The notes: generated from the letters alone by a model not told the origin. A stretch of DNA of 64,000 bases from Alphaproteobacteria bacterium (GCA_965221125.1 CBDCRW010000005.1:384001-448000); one strand, 5' to 3'; shown: positions 1 through 10,115, counted from the stretch's first letter. A program made the numbers and translations.

Positions 1-532
1 GCGCCCAGGTAGATCTCATTGAGGTAGAGCTCGAGGATGCGGTCCTTGGTAAAGGCGTCCTCGATCCGCATGGCGAGGATGGCTTCCTTGAACTTGCGGG
101 AGAAGGAAAGCTCGCCCGAGAGCAGGAAGTTCTTCGCCACCTGCTGGGTGATGGTCGACGCGCCCACCGGCCTGCGGTCGCCGCCCAGGTTAACGAGGTT
201 CGTGACCACCGCGTTCGCCACGCTCAGGGGATCGATCCCGAAATGCTCGTAGAAGGCCTTGTCCTCGGCGGCGAGGAAGGCCTGGATCAGCCGGCGCGGC
301 ATGGCGGCGAGCGGCACGTAGAGCCGCTTCTCGCGGGCGTGCTCGGCGAGCAGCCGCCCGTCGCCCGCGTGAACGCGGGTCATCACCGGCGGCTCGTAGG
401 CCGCGAGCTGGTTGTGGTCCGGCAGGTCCCGGCCGTAGTGAAAGAACACGAAGGCGATGGCGCCGCTGGCGATGGCGGCGAGACTGCGGCGAGCAGAACG
501 ATGCTGCCGAGGACGATGCCGAGCGTTTTCAT
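1..532 (-). CDS. mrcA: Penicillin-binding protein 1A, 5' part (transglycosylase domain); runs off the window; apparent 1-nt frameshift near 482
   Basis: Manual minus-strand translation gives GRDLPDHNQLAAYEPPVMTRVHAGDGRLLAE, GASTITQQVAKNFLL and RKFKEAILAMRIEDAFTKDRILELYLNEIYLG (GT51 motifs). ATG at 532 (MKTLGIVLGSIVLLAAV) is in a different frame from the downstream body. It follows amiC, as is usual in Alphaproteobacteria. Confidence 0.88.
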
Positions 533-683
533 CGGAACACGGACCTGACGGTCAACGGAGTCGCGGGTGCGTCAGCCTACCACCGATCGGCGGCGATCAG
601 GGCCGACGCGGTGCACGTGGCCAACAGACGGCATGAATATGGCGAGACTGCGGCGGGCCGCAAGCGGTCGCGTCAATTTCGGG

Positions 684-1541
684 TCAGCACGGCTCGCGGA
701 AATAGGTATCCAGCGCGCGCAGGATCGCGCCTGCCAGGACCCTCCTGTGATTCCCGTCTCTCAGCCGCGCCGCGTCCCGGTCATTGGAGAGGTATCCGAG
801 CTCGACCAGCACGGAAGGCATGTCCGGCGCCTTGAGGACGCGGAAGTCGCCGAAGCGGTGCGGGCGGTTGATGAGCGGTGCGACGCGGCCGAGCTCCGGC
901 AGCAGCGTTGCCGCGAGGGTCGCCGAGCAATTCATCGTGTTCTGCTGGACCAACGAGATCAGCACCTTCGCCACGTCTTCGTCATAGCCTTCGGTGAGAT
1001 CGATGTCGGCGACGATATCCGCCTTGTTTTCGCGCGCGGCCAGCTCGGCGGTCTCCGCGTCCGACGACTCGTCGGCAAGCGTGTAGACCGATGCGCCGCG
1101 CACGTCGCGGTTCTCGACACGGTCAAGATGAATGGAGAGAAAGAGATCGGCGCCGGCGTTGCGGGCGATGACGACACGCTGATGCAGTCCCACCTTGCGG
1201 TCGCTGTCGCGCGTCATGACTACCCGATAGCGGCCGGACTCCGCGAGCACCTGCCGAAGCTCGCGGGAAAAGATCAGCGCCAGGGTCTTTTCCTTCAACC
1301 CGCTCGTCGCGATGGCGCCGGGGTCGCGTCCGCCGTGGCCGGCGTCGATCGCGACCAGGTGGCGCACGGGCGCGGGCGCAGGCTTGGAGCGCGGCAGAGG
1401 GACGGGCCCTGCCGGGGCGGTCAGTCCGGCCTGGGTGGCAGGCTTTGCCGGTGCCGGCGGCTCGGCGTGCGCGCTTGCCGCGACAGCCGCGACGAACATT
1501 GCGGCCAACGTCGCAATTGCGAGCCCGCGTCGCCACATCAC
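684..1541 (-). CDS. amiC: N-acetylmuramoyl-L-alanine amidase (Amidase_3)
   Basis: VAIDAGHGGRDPGA, EK, LFLSIHLD, SVLVELGYLSN motifs; N-terminal signal peptide; upstream of PBP1A. Confidence 0.93.
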   Translation of the reverse strand: MMWRRGLAIATLAAMFVAAVAASAHAEPPAPAKPATQAGLTAPAGPVPLPRSKPAPAPVRHLVAIDAGHGGRDPGAIATSGLKEKTLALIFSRELRQVLAESGRYRVVMTRDSDRKVGLHQRVVIARNAGADLFLSIHLDRVENRDVRGASVYTLADESSDAETAELAARENKADIVADIDLTEGYDEDVAKVLISLVQQNTMNCSATLAATLLPELGRVAPLINRPHRFGDFRVLKAPDMPSVLVELGYLSNDRDAARLRDGNHRRVLAGAILRALDTYFREPC

Positions 1542-1640
1542 GATGTCGGTCCGTGCTCTGCCGGCATCTCTACTCCCTCAAACCGGCAACCGCCTGCCTT
1601 CATAGCGGCTCGCCCCGAGTCCCGGCAACGCCCCCAATAT

Positions 1641-2807
1641 GATTCCTCTGCGAAAGTGGGTTTGCGGATTGGGTGGCATGTGATTCGTTGCTGCAGCGAT
1701 GGGGAGGTCGATTCGATGAGCGGCACGGGTCAGCTGGGGTTTGCGGAAGCGTTCATGTCTGCGGGGCTGGGGACAAACCGGAAGCTGGAGCGTCTGGACG
1801 CCCTGATCGACTGGTCTCGGCTGGAGCGTCTGGCGTCGCGTGTGCGCGAGGGACGCCGGGGTCGTCCGCCCTATGCGCCGCTGGCGATGCTGAAGGCTCT
1901 CTATCTTCAGGCGCTCTACGACCTTTCGGACCCCGGCCTGGAGGAGGCGCTGCTGGACCGGCTCTCGTTCCGGCGCTTCTGCGGCTTTGCGCTGGATGGG
2001 GGCACGCCGGACGAGACCACGATCTGCCGCTTCCGCGCGGACGCAGGCGCGGTCCTGGAGGCGGCGTTCGAGGAGATCAACCGTCAGCTGGATGCCGCCG
2101 GCCTGATCCTGCGCAAGGGCACGCTGATGGACGCGACGTTGGTGGCCTCGGCCTCGCGGCCTCCGCCCTACAAGGCGGGTGCCGGTGCCGGGCACCCACG
2201 GGAGAGGGGCGCGGGCTGGACGCGCAAGAAGGGCCGCGCCGTCTTCGGCTACAAGGCGCATGTGGGTGTGGACCAGGGCTCGGGTCTGATCCGGCGCCTG
2301 GTTCTGAGCTCGGCCAAGACCTACGAGAGCGAGGTGGCCGACCGGCTGATCTGCGGCGACGAGGGGGCGGTCTATGGCGACCGCGCCTACGAGCAGGCGG
2401 CGCGACGGGCCAGGCTCAAGGCCTGCGGCATCAAGGACCGCATCATGCACCGGCGGAACAAGCACATGGCCTCGTTGCCGCCCTGGCAGAAGCGCCGCAA
2501 CGATCTGATCGCCAGGCGCCGGGCACCGGTGGAAGCGGTCTTCTCGGCGCTGAAGCGCCTCTACGGGCTGAGGCGGGCGAAGAGCCTCACGCTCGAGAGG
2601 AACACCGCCCGCCTCTACGCCGTTGCCACCGCCTACAACCTGCGCCGCGCCAGCCTGATTGCGGGCTGCTGACACCGCATCGCACCCGCAAACCGCTGCT
2701 TCAGACACGAGAGCGTCCGGCGGTAGCGGCAAAATCGGCTCCATCAACACCGCTCAACGCCAAAATTCTCCCCCAACATCCCGCCAAGCCGATTTCGCAG
2801 AGGAATC
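1641..2807 (+). mobile_element. IS5-family insertion sequence, copy 1 (1167 bp)
   Basis: 15-bp perfect TIRs GATTCCTCTGCGAAA (1641-1655 and 2793-2807); direct repeat CAATAT at 1635-1640 and 2808-2813; encodes a DDE transposase; second copy at 34507-35673. Confidence 0.95.
1716..2672 (+). CDS. IS5-family transposase (318 aa)
   Basis: RBS GGGGAGG at 1701-1707, ATG 1716; motifs GRPPY..MLK..LQ.LY.LSDP..EE.L.DR.SFRRFCG, PDETTICRFR, DAT, FGYKAH, GDRAY, R..VE..F..LK. Confidence 0.95.
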   Translation: MSGTGQLGFAEAFMSAGLGTNRKLERLDALIDWSRLERLASRVREGRRGRPPYAPLAMLKALYLQALYDLSDPGLEEALLDRLSFRRFCGFALDGGTPDETTICRFRADAGAVLEAAFEEINRQLDAAGLILRKGTLMDATLVASASRPPPYKAGAGAGHPRERGAGWTRKKGRAVFGYKAHVGVDQGSGLIRRLVLSSAKTYESEVADRLICGDEGAVYGDRAYEQAARRARLKACGIKDRIMHRRNKHMASLPPWQKRRNDLIARRRAPVEAVFSALKRLYGLRRAKSLTLERNTARLYAVATAYNLRRASLIAGC

Positions 2808-2856
2808 CAATATGGGGGACCGTGCTACTCTTGCCGCGCGACCGGGGAGGGATGGC

Positions 2857-3633
2857 ATGGCGCGGGACGACGGCACGGAAACGAAGGCGGGCCCGAAGAC
2901 GCGACGCTCGCGGGCCGAGAGCCGCGCGCGGCGCGAGCTCGCCGCCTGCTATCGCATGTTCTACCGGCGCGGCATGGACGACCTGATCTACACGCACCTT
3001 TCGGTGCGCATTCCCGACCAGCGCGAGCGCTACCTCTTCATCGGCTTCGGCCAGCTCTTCGACGAGGTGACGGCGTCCAGCCTGCTGACCGTCGACATCG
3101 AGGGCGAGAACGTCGGCCGCACGCCGGGCGAGGCCAATCCGGCGGGCTGGGCGGTGCACCGGACCGTCTACGAGGCGGTGGCGGAGGCGGAGAGCGTGAT
3201 GCACCTGCACACGGTGCATGGCGTCGCCGTCTCGGCGCAGAAGGGCGGACTGCTGCCGATCAACCAGTTCGCGGTCACCCATACCGGCCAGATCGCCTAC
3301 CACGACTACGACGGACCGGGTCTCAGGCCCGCCGAGCAGAAGACCCTGGTCCGCGACCTCGGGAACAAGCGGATGATGTTCCTGCGCAACCACGGCACGC
3401 TGACCTGGGGGCGCTCGATCGCCGAAGCCTTCACGCTGATGCACTACCTGGAGCGCACCTGCGAAATCCAGATCGCGGCCCAGGCGGGCGGCCAGCCGGT
3501 GCTGCCCAAGAAATCCGTCATCGAGCGCACGGCTGCGGAGCGCCAGGGGACCGGCAACGTGGAGTGGGCGCGGGTCGGCTTCGAGGCGCTGCTGCGCCGC
3601 CTCGACCGCGAGGACCCCTCCTACCGCCGCTAG
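2857..3633 (+). CDS. Class II aldolase/adducin family protein
   Basis: DLIYTHLSVR, FDEVTASSL, VMHLHT, FLRNHG motifs; RBS GGGGAGG before ATG 2857. Confidence 0.9.
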   Translation: MARDDGTETKAGPKTRRSRAESRARRELAACYRMFYRRGMDDLIYTHLSVRIPDQRERYLFIGFGQLFDEVTASSLLTVDIEGENVGRTPGEANPAGWAVHRTVYEAVAEAESVMHLHTVHGVAVSAQKGGLLPINQFAVTHTGQIAYHDYDGPGLRPAEQKTLVRDLGNKRMMFLRNHGTLTWGRSIAEAFTLMHYLERTCEIQIAAQAGGQPVLPKKSVIERTAAERQGTGNVEWARVGFEALLRRLDREDPSYRR

Positions 3634-3664
3634 CGTTCAGCGGCCTGCGCGCTATAGTGCCGCC

Positions 3665-5059
3665 ATGGCAACACTCCTGAAGAATACCGACACACAAAGC
3701 GCGATCGAGGAACTCGGCGCGCTCCTCGGCGACCGGCTCTCCACCTCGCCTGCGGTGTGCGAGCACCACGCGACGGGGGAGACCTACCATGCGCCGCGTC
3801 CGCCGGATGCGGTGGTCTTCCCCGAGACGACGGAGGAGGTCGCCGAGATCGTCCGCATCTGTGCCGCCCACGGCGTGCCCATGGTCCCCTACGGGGTGGG
3901 CACGTCGGTCGAAGGCAATGTCTGCGCGCTGGAAGGCGGCGTCACGCTCGACATGGGGCAGATGAACAAGGTGCTCCGGGTGAGCCAGGAGGATCTCGAC
4001 GTCACCGTCCAGGCCGGCGTCACGCGCAAGCAGCTCAACACCTACCTGCGCGACACCGGGCTCTTCTTCCCCATCGACCCGGGCGCCGATGCGACCCTCG
4101 GCGGCATGACCGCGACGCGGGCGTCGGGCACCAACGCCGTGCGCTACGGCACGCTCAAGGAGAACGTGCTGGGCCTTACGGTGGTGCTGCCCGACGGGCA
4201 GGTCATCACCACGGGCGGCCGCGCGCGCAAGTCGGCGGCAGGCTACGATCTCACCCGGCTCTTCGTCGGCTCCGAGGGAACGCTCGGCGTGATGACCGAG
4301 ATCACGCTCAAGCTCTACGGCATTCCCGAGGCGATCTCGGCGGCGGTGTGCTCCTTCCCCTCGCTGGAGGCGGCGGTCAACACGGTGATCCTGACCATCC
4401 AGTCGGGCATCCCCATCGCCCGCGTGGAGCTGCTGGACGACATCCAGATGGATGCCTGCAACAAGTTCTCGAAGCTCGACTACGCGCCCAAGGACACGCT
4501 CTTCTTCGAGTTCCACGGCACCGAGCAGGGCGTCGCCGAGCAGGTGGAGCAGGTGCGCGAGATCGTCGAGGAGTTCGGCGGCTCGGACTTCCGCTGGGCG
4601 ACGAAGGCCGAGGAGCGGAACGCGCTGTGGCAGGCGCGGCACGACGTCTATTACGCCTGCCTCGCGCTGCAGCCGGGCAAGTCGGGCTGGGCGACGGACG
4701 TCTGCGTGCCCATCTCCCGCCTCGCGGACTGCCTGATGGAGACGAAGGAGGAGCTCGACGCCTCGCCCCTGCTGGCCCCGATCGTGGGCCACGTGGGCGA
4801 CGGCAACTTCCACGTCTGCTTCCTCATCGACCCGGACGATCCGGCGGAAATGGCCGAGGCCAAGCGCCTCAACCAGCGCATGATCGACCGTGCGCTCGCC
4901 ATGGGCGGGACCAGCACGGGCGAGCACGGCATCGGCTGCGGCAAGCTCGACTACCTGGAGGCCGAGCACGGCGCCGGCGCCGTCGAGCTCATGCGCATGC
5001 TCAAGCGGACGGTCGACCCCCAGAACCTGATGAACCCGGGGAAGGTGGTCGTCGTCTGA
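3665..5059 (+). CDS. dld: FAD-linked oxidase, D-lactate dehydrogenase (cytochrome)-like
   Basis: PDAVVFP, FFPIDPGADATLGGM, ASGTNAVRYGT, SEGTLG, GHVGDGNFH, TGEHGIG, MNPGK. Confidence 0.88.
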   Translation: MATLLKNTDTQSAIEELGALLGDRLSTSPAVCEHHATGETYHAPRPPDAVVFPETTEEVAEIVRICAAHGVPMVPYGVGTSVEGNVCALEGGVTLDMGQMNKVLRVSQEDLDVTVQAGVTRKQLNTYLRDTGLFFPIDPGADATLGGMTATRASGTNAVRYGTLKENVLGLTVVLPDGQVITTGGRARKSAAGYDLTRLFVGSEGTLGVMTEITLKLYGIPEAISAAVCSFPSLEAAVNTVILTIQSGIPIARVELLDDIQMDACNKFSKLDYAPKDTLFFEFHGTEQGVAEQVEQVREIVEEFGGSDFRWATKAEERNALWQARHDVYYACLALQPGKSGWATDVCVPISRLADCLMETKEELDASPLLAPIVGHVGDGNFHVCFLIDPDDPAEMAEAKRLNQRMIDRALAMGGTSTGEHGIGCGKLDYLEAEHGAGAVELMRMLKRTVDPQNLMNPGKVVVV

Positions 5060-5161
5060 TCGCAGGCTGCTGCGCGCGCCCGTGGCGCGGACGCAACATT
5101 TCCTAGAAAGACGACCTGGCGGCCGGGAACGCGGCGGTTCAACCGTCGCGTGCGCCCTCAA

Positions 5162-6526
5162 TCATTCGAGCATCGTGCGCGGCAGCCACATGGCGATCTC
5201 GGGGAAGGCGATGACCAGCCCGAGCCCGATGAGCTGCAGGAACACGAAGGGGATGATGCCGCGGTAGATCTGCTGGATGCGCACTTCGGGCGGGGCCACG
5301 CCCTTCATGTAGAAGAGGGCGAAGCCGAAGGGTGGCGTCAGGAAGGAGGTCTGCAGGTTGACCGCCATCAGGATCGAGAACCAGTAGACCACCTCGAGCT
5401 TGGGCACGTGATCGCCGAAGTCGAGGCCTGCCAGGATCGGCGCGAACACCGGCAGCACGATCAGCGTGATCTCGATCCAGTCGAAGAAGAAGCCCAGGAG
5501 GAAGGTCACGATCATCAGGATGAAGAGGATTCCCCAGGGCCCGACGCCCACGGAATAGACCAGGTCCTCGATCAGCTGGTCCCCGCCGAGCGAGCGGAAG
5601 ACGTAGGAGAACGCCGTCGCACCGACGAAGATGAAGAACAGCATGCCGTTGGTGAGCGCCGTGCGCTCGACCACGTCCCGCAGCACCTTCCAAGAGAGCT
5701 TACGGTTGATGACTGCCAGCAGGACTGAGCCGAAGGCGCCGACACCCGCCGCCTCGGTGGGCGTCGCCCAGCCCATCACGATCGAGCCCAGCACCAGCAG
5801 GATGAGGAAGACCGCCGGAATGAAGCCCCTGAGCAGCAGGATCACGAGCTCGCCCGTGCTCTTCGGCCCCATCTCCTTGGGCAGCGGCGGCGCGAGGTGC
5901 GGTTTGAAGCGGCAGAGCGTGAAGATGTAGATGAAGTAGAGGCCCGCCAGCATCAGGCCGGGGAACACTGCCGCGACGAAGAGCGTGCCGACCGAGCGGC
6001 CCAGCAGGTCCGCCATGATGACCAGCATGATGCTGGGCGGAATCAGGATGCCGAGCGTGCCCGAGGACGCGATCGTGCCGGTGGCGAGCTCCATGTTGTA
6101 CTTGCGCTGCAGCATCACCGGCAGCGCCATCAGGCTGATCATCACCACCGAGGCGCCGATGATGCCGGTGGTCGCGGCGAGGATGGTGCCCATCACCGTG
6201 ACCGCGAGCGCGAGCCCGCCCGGCGTGCGCCGCAGCAGGACCTGGAGGCAGTAGAGCAAATCGGCGGCGACGCCGGAGCGCTCCAGCATCGTGCCCATGA
6301 AGATGAACATGGGGATCGCCACCAGCACCAGGTTGTCGGCGATGCCCCAGATGCGGAGCGGCAGGTTGAAGAACTGGATGACGTGAAAGACGTCGAGCGC
6401 GGCGCCGAGGAAGCCGAAGCCCAGCGCCACGCCGCCGAGGACGAAACCGACGGGGAAGCCCGAGAACAGCAGGATCGCCAGCGCGCCGAACATGAACGCC
6501 GGCAGATAATCCTCGATGTAGAACAT
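5162..6526 (-). CDS. dctM: TRAP transporter large permease
   Basis: AIPMFIFMG, GTLGILIPPS, ATPTEAA, NLQTSFLTPPFG; polytopic membrane protein. Confidence 0.93.
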   Translation of the reverse strand: MFYIEDYLPAFMFGALAILLFSGFPVGFVLGGVALGFGFLGAALDVFHVIQFFNLPLRIWGIADNLVLVAIPMFIFMGTMLERSGVAADLLYCLQVLLRRTPGGLALAVTVMGTILAATTGIIGASVVMISLMALPVMLQRKYNMELATGTIASSGTLGILIPPSIMLVIMADLLGRSVGTLFVAAVFPGLMLAGLYFIYIFTLCRFKPHLAPPLPKEMGPKSTGELVILLLRGFIPAVFLILLVLGSIVMGWATPTEAAGVGAFGSVLLAVINRKLSWKVLRDVVERTALTNGMLFFIFVGATAFSYVFRSLGGDQLIEDLVYSVGVGPWGILFILMIVTFLLGFFFDWIEITLIVLPVFAPILAGLDFGDHVPKLEVVYWFSILMAVNLQTSFLTPPFGFALFYMKGVAPPEVRIQQIYRGIIPFVFLQLIGLGLVIAFPEIAMWLPRTMLE

Positions 6527-6529
6527 GCC

Positions 6530-7117
6530 CTAGAGCTCCCGGCCCGGCGTGGTGGGCTCGGGAGGCTTCGGCACCTCCGGGGTGTCGTCGCTGAGGGCGC
6601 GGCGATGCTCGGCCGAGCCGAAGAGCTCGATGAACTTGCGCAGCACGACCGCGACGGCGGCCAGTCCCAGGAGGAGCATCCCGGCCGGCAGGAAGCCCTT
6701 GATCGCCCAGCGATAGGGCAGGCCGGTCGCGGAGTCCGAGGCCTCGTTCAGGTTCCAGGAGCGCTCCACGAAGTCCATCGCGAAGTAGAAGACGATGGCG
6801 CAGTAGGGGATGGCGAAGACGAGGCAACCGATGAACTCGATCCAGCGCTGGGTCGTGGGGCTGAAGCGCTCATGCACCAGGCTGATCCGCACATGGGCGT
6901 TTCTGAGGTAGGCGAAGCCCAGGCAGAGCAGGAACAGCGCCGCATGCAGGTGCCATTCGCCTTCCTGCAGCTTGGTCGAGCCCAGCACGAGGAAGCGGCG
7001 GGTGATGACGTCGAAGATGATGACGATCATCAGCGGCACCGAGATCCAGGCGCCGATGCGCCCGACCCAGGTCGCCACCGAATTGAGGACGCCCTCGATT
7101 CTCAGGAGGTACCGCAT
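6530..7117 (-). CDS. dctQ: TRAP transporter small permease
   Basis: Four hydrophobic segments, LQE.EWHL and HVRI motifs; lies between dctP and dctM. Confidence 0.88.
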   Translation of the reverse strand: MRYLLRIEGVLNSVATWVGRIGAWISVPLMIVIIFDVITRRFLVLGSTKLQEGEWHLHAALFLLCLGFAYLRNAHVRISLVHERFSPTTQRWIEFIGCLVFAIPYCAIVFYFAMDFVERSWNLNEASDSATGLPYRWAIKGFLPAGMLLLGLAAVAVVLRKFIELFGSAEHRRALSDDTPEVPKPPEPTTPGREL

Positions 7118-7152
7118 ACGGTCCGTTACCGCCTACCCACCGCGACAATAGG

Positions 7153-7191
7153 GGAGCGCCGGAACGCGGTCCACACCGCCTCCGGCGCTCC
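7153..7191. other. Intercistronic stem-loop after the TRAP binding-protein gene (mRNA stabiliser or attenuator)
   Basis: GGAGCGCCGGA (7153-7163) pairs with TCCGGCGCTCC (7181-7191). Confidence 0.55.
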
Positions 7192-7239
7192 TCGAAGAAT
7201 GAGAAGCCGCACGCGGTGGCGCGCGGCTTCAGATCGGCC

Positions 7240-8298
7240 TTAGTTCAGGTAGCCGAGATCGTTCCAGACCGCATACTCGGCACGGAACGCCGTGTAGGAC
7301 TCCCAGACCTTGGCGAAGTTCGCGTCACGCGCCGCGTCCTCGGCCGCGACCTCGTTCCACTTCTCCTCCAGCGTGTCCAGAATCTCCTGCGACCAGCGGT
7401 GGATCGTCACGCCCTTCTCCTGGAGTTCCGCCAGCGCCTTGCCCTGAATGGCCTCGCCCTCGGCCAGGCCTTCGCGGAAGGCATCGCCACAGGCGACCTC
7501 GATCTGCGCCTGCTGCGTGTCGCTCAACGCATCCCAGGCGGCCCGGTTCAATAGCAGCTCGAACACCGTCGACTGCTGGTGCCAGCCGGGGAAGTAGTAG
7601 TGCTTGGCGACCTGGTAGAAGCCGAGATTGAGGTCGATCGCCGGCATGGAATACTCGGTGGCGTCGATGGAGCCGCGCTCGAGCGCGGGGAAGATATCGC
7701 CACCGGCAATGAGCTGGGTGGAGACGCCGACCTTCTCCATCACCTTGGCGCCGAGGCCGAAGAAGCGCATCTTCAGGCCCGCGAGATCCTCGATGGAGTT
7801 GATCTCCTTGCGGAACCAGCCTGACGCCTCAGGCGCGATGACGCCGCAAGGCAGCGACTTCAGGCCATGCGGCTCGTAGATCGAATCCCACAGCTCGTAG
7901 CCGCCGCCGTAGTAGATCCAGCCCATATACTCGCCGGCCCTCGGGCCGAAGGGCACGGCCGCGAACATGGCGAGCGCGGGCTCCTTGCCGTACCAGTAGC
8001 CGGGCGTGGACCAGCAGGCATCAACCGAGCCTGCGGCCACGGCGTCGAAGCATTCCTTCGCCGGAATCAGCGCGTTGGGCTCGAAGAACTTGATCTGGAT
8101 GTTGCCGCCGGAGATGCGGTCCAGGCGGTCCACCATGCTCTTGCCGAGCGTGCCGAGCTGGGTCAGGCTGCTGGGGAACCAGCTCGCCATGTTCCAGCGT
8201 ACGCGCTCGTCCTCGGCCTGGGCGAGGCCCGCCGTGAGAAGTGCTGCGCTCAACACGCCGGCGGCGAGGCCGGCCTTGATCGATTTGCCAACTTTCAT
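7240..8298 (-). CDS. dctP: TRAP substrate-binding protein (TakP-like, 2-keto-acid/monocarboxylate type)
   Basis: Signal peptide from MKVGKS (ATG 8298, RBS GGAGGGAG); GWFRKEINS, GLKMRFFGLG, ALERGSIDATEY, YYFPGWHQ. Confidence 0.9.
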   Translation of the reverse strand: MKVGKSIKAGLAAGVLSAALLTAGLAQAEDERVRWNMASWFPSSLTQLGTLGKSMVDRLDRISGGNIQIKFFEPNALIPAKECFDAVAAGSVDACWSTPGYWYGKEPALAMFAAVPFGPRAGEYMGWIYYGGGYELWDSIYEPHGLKSLPCGVIAPEASGWFRKEINSIEDLAGLKMRFFGLGAKVMEKVGVSTQLIAGGDIFPALERGSIDATEYSMPAIDLNLGFYQVAKHYYFPGWHQQSTVFELLLNRAAWDALSDTQQAQIEVACGDAFREGLAEGEAIQGKALAELQEKGVTIHRWSQEILDTLEEKWNEVAAEDAARDANFAKVWESYTAFRAEYAVWNDLGYLN

Positions 8299-8465
8299 CT
8301 TCGTTCTCCCTCCGATCGGTTCGCCGCGCCTCGCGCTGGCGCACAATGATCCGGACTCCGGCGTGCACAGCCGGGGCGGTGCCAACCAGTGTCGCGCCCT
8401 GGCGCCCGCCAATCCACCACGCTAGAACAGGCGCAAGGGCACGGCAAGCACATCGGGAACGAACT

Positions 8466-9230
8466 TTGATCTATGTCAACCGCGTCGCGGTGGTGACCGG
8501 CGGCGCCAGCGGCATCGGGCGCGAGGTTGCACGCGCATTGGCCGCGCGCGGAGCGGCGGTCGCCGTCGCCGATATCAACGTCGACGGCGCCCGAGACGTC
8601 GCTGCGGCGCTGGTGCAGGACGGCGCGAAGGCGGAGGCCATCGCCGTCGACGTGAGCCGGGCCGAGCAGGCCGACGCGATGATCGCGCGCGCGATCGAGG
8701 CATTCGACAAGGTCGATATCCTGGTGCACAGCGCGGGCGTCGGCGTGGAGCGCAGCTTCCTCGAGACGACGCCGGAGGAATGGCGGCGCATCCTCGATAT
8801 CGACCTCTCCGGCACGTTCTTTTGCGGCCAGGCGGCGGCGCGCCACATGGTCGAGCGCGGTTACGGCCGCATCGTCAATCTCGCGTCCACCGCCGGCGTG
8901 CGCGGCGGCACCGGGCGCGCCGCCTACGGCACCGCCAAGGGCGGCGTCATCGCGCTCACCAAGGTGATGGCGGTCGAGCTCGCGCCCTTCGGCGTGACCG
9001 TGAACGCGCTTGCGCCCGGCGCGATCGAGACCGAGCTGGTGGCGAAGATGCACTCGGCGGAGACGCGGACGGTCTACCGCGCCGGCATCCCGCTCGACCG
9101 CTACGGCACGCCGGAGGAGACCGCGGCCGCGGCGCTCTTCCTCGCGAGCGAGGAGGCCCGCTACGTCACCGGCCACGTGCTCGCCGTCGACGGCGGCTTC
9201 CTCGCGGCCGGGGTGATGCACCGGCGTTAG
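8466..9230 (+). CDS. Short-chain dehydrogenase/reductase (start uncertain; TTG 8466 assumed)
   Basis: VTGGASGIG, YGTAKGG (YxxxK), VNALAPG, VDGG. Confidence 0.88.
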   Translation: MIYVNRVAVVTGGASGIGREVARALAARGAAVAVADINVDGARDVAAALVQDGAKAEAIAVDVSRAEQADAMIARAIEAFDKVDILVHSAGVGVERSFLETTPEEWRRILDIDLSGTFFCGQAAARHMVERGYGRIVNLASTAGVRGGTGRAAYGTAKGGVIALTKVMAVELAPFGVTVNALAPGAIETELVAKMHSAETRTVYRAGIPLDRYGTPEETAAAALFLASEEARYVTGHVLAVDGGFLAAGVMHRR

Positions 9231-9268
9231 AGCGTTTCCGCTTTGCACGGAAACGCTCCGGTCTCTAG
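9228..9268. repeat. Repeat family A, terminal hairpin only
   Basis: TAGAGCGTTTCCG-CTTTGCA-CGGAAACGCTC...CTAG; fills the gap between two convergent stop codons. Confidence 0.8.
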
Positions 9269-10026
9269 TACTGAACGCGCTGGGTGATTCCGCCGTCCAC
9301 CACCAGGTTCGCGCCCGTGGTGAAGCCCGAGAGCGGGCTCGCGAGGAAGGCCACGGCATCCGCCACCTCCTCGGCCGTTCCCATCCGCCCGGTGGGGTTG
9401 CGCGCAAGCGCCGCCTCGTAGGTCTCGGGGTCGTTCAGACGCCGCTGATCCCACACGCCGCCGTCGAAGAAGATCGTGCCCGGCGAGACGCAGTTCGCAC
9501 GAATGCCCTGGCCGGCCAGAGCATTGGCGAGGTTCGACGTGTAGTTGATGAGAGCGGCCTTGACCGAGTTGTAGGGGCGCACGCCGCCGAAGCTCTCCAC
9601 GCCGGCGACGCTGGAGACGGTGACGATCGCCGCGGCCTCGGAGTCTTCGAGGTGCGGCAGGGCCGCCTCCACCGTGCGCACGGTGCCGAGCACGTCGATC
9701 TCGAAGCCGGCCCGCCACGCAGCCTCGTCCGACGCACCGGCGAGCGCGCTCGGGTTGGCGACCACGATGTCGATGCCGCCGAGCGCGGCCGCCATCGCTT
9801 CGGTCCATTGCCCGACCGCCCCGCCGTCGGCCACGTCGCAGGCGGCGCCGATGACGGCGAGGTCCTCGGCCGCGAACGCCGCCAGCGCCGCATCGAGACC
9901 CGCGCTGCCGCGGGCGCAGATGCCGACCCGGCAGCCCTCCAGCGCGAGCCTGCGCGCGATGGCGCGGCCGATTCCCCGCGTGCCGCCCGTTACGATGGCC
10001 TTCTTGCCGTCAAGTTTGAGGTCCAT
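9265..10026 (-). CDS. Short-chain dehydrogenase/reductase
   Basis: VTGGTRGIG, YNSVKAA, VSPG, VVDGG. Confidence 0.9.
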   Translation of the reverse strand: MDLKLDGKKAIVTGGTRGIGRAIARRLALEGCRVGICARGSAGLDAALAAFAAEDLAVIGAACDVADGGAVGQWTEAMAAALGGIDIVVANPSALAGASDEAAWRAGFEIDVLGTVRTVEAALPHLEDSEAAAIVTVSSVAGVESFGGVRPYNSVKAALINYTSNLANALAGQGIRANCVSPGTIFFDGGVWDQRRLNDPETYEAALARNPTGRMGTAEEVADAVAFLASPLSGFTTGANLVVDGGITQRVQY

Positions 10027-10115
10027 GTCCTCGACCCTGTGTGACCATGGGTTCCGTGTAGCCTTGGGGAGTGTCGTGGGGTCTCACGCGCTTGTCCAGT
10101 TGGCGGAGAACCACC

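Noticed and set aside
567-1715. 701-aa ORF suggesting a long N-terminally fused transposase
   Set aside because: The upstream part is the antisense shadow of amiC and crosses the IS boundary; the real start is ATG 1716 with an RBS, matching copy 2.
8461-8485. Second frameshift at the SDR start (out-of-frame ATG 8473)
   Set aside because: An in-frame TTG at 8466 with a GGGA upstream explains the gene without an indel.
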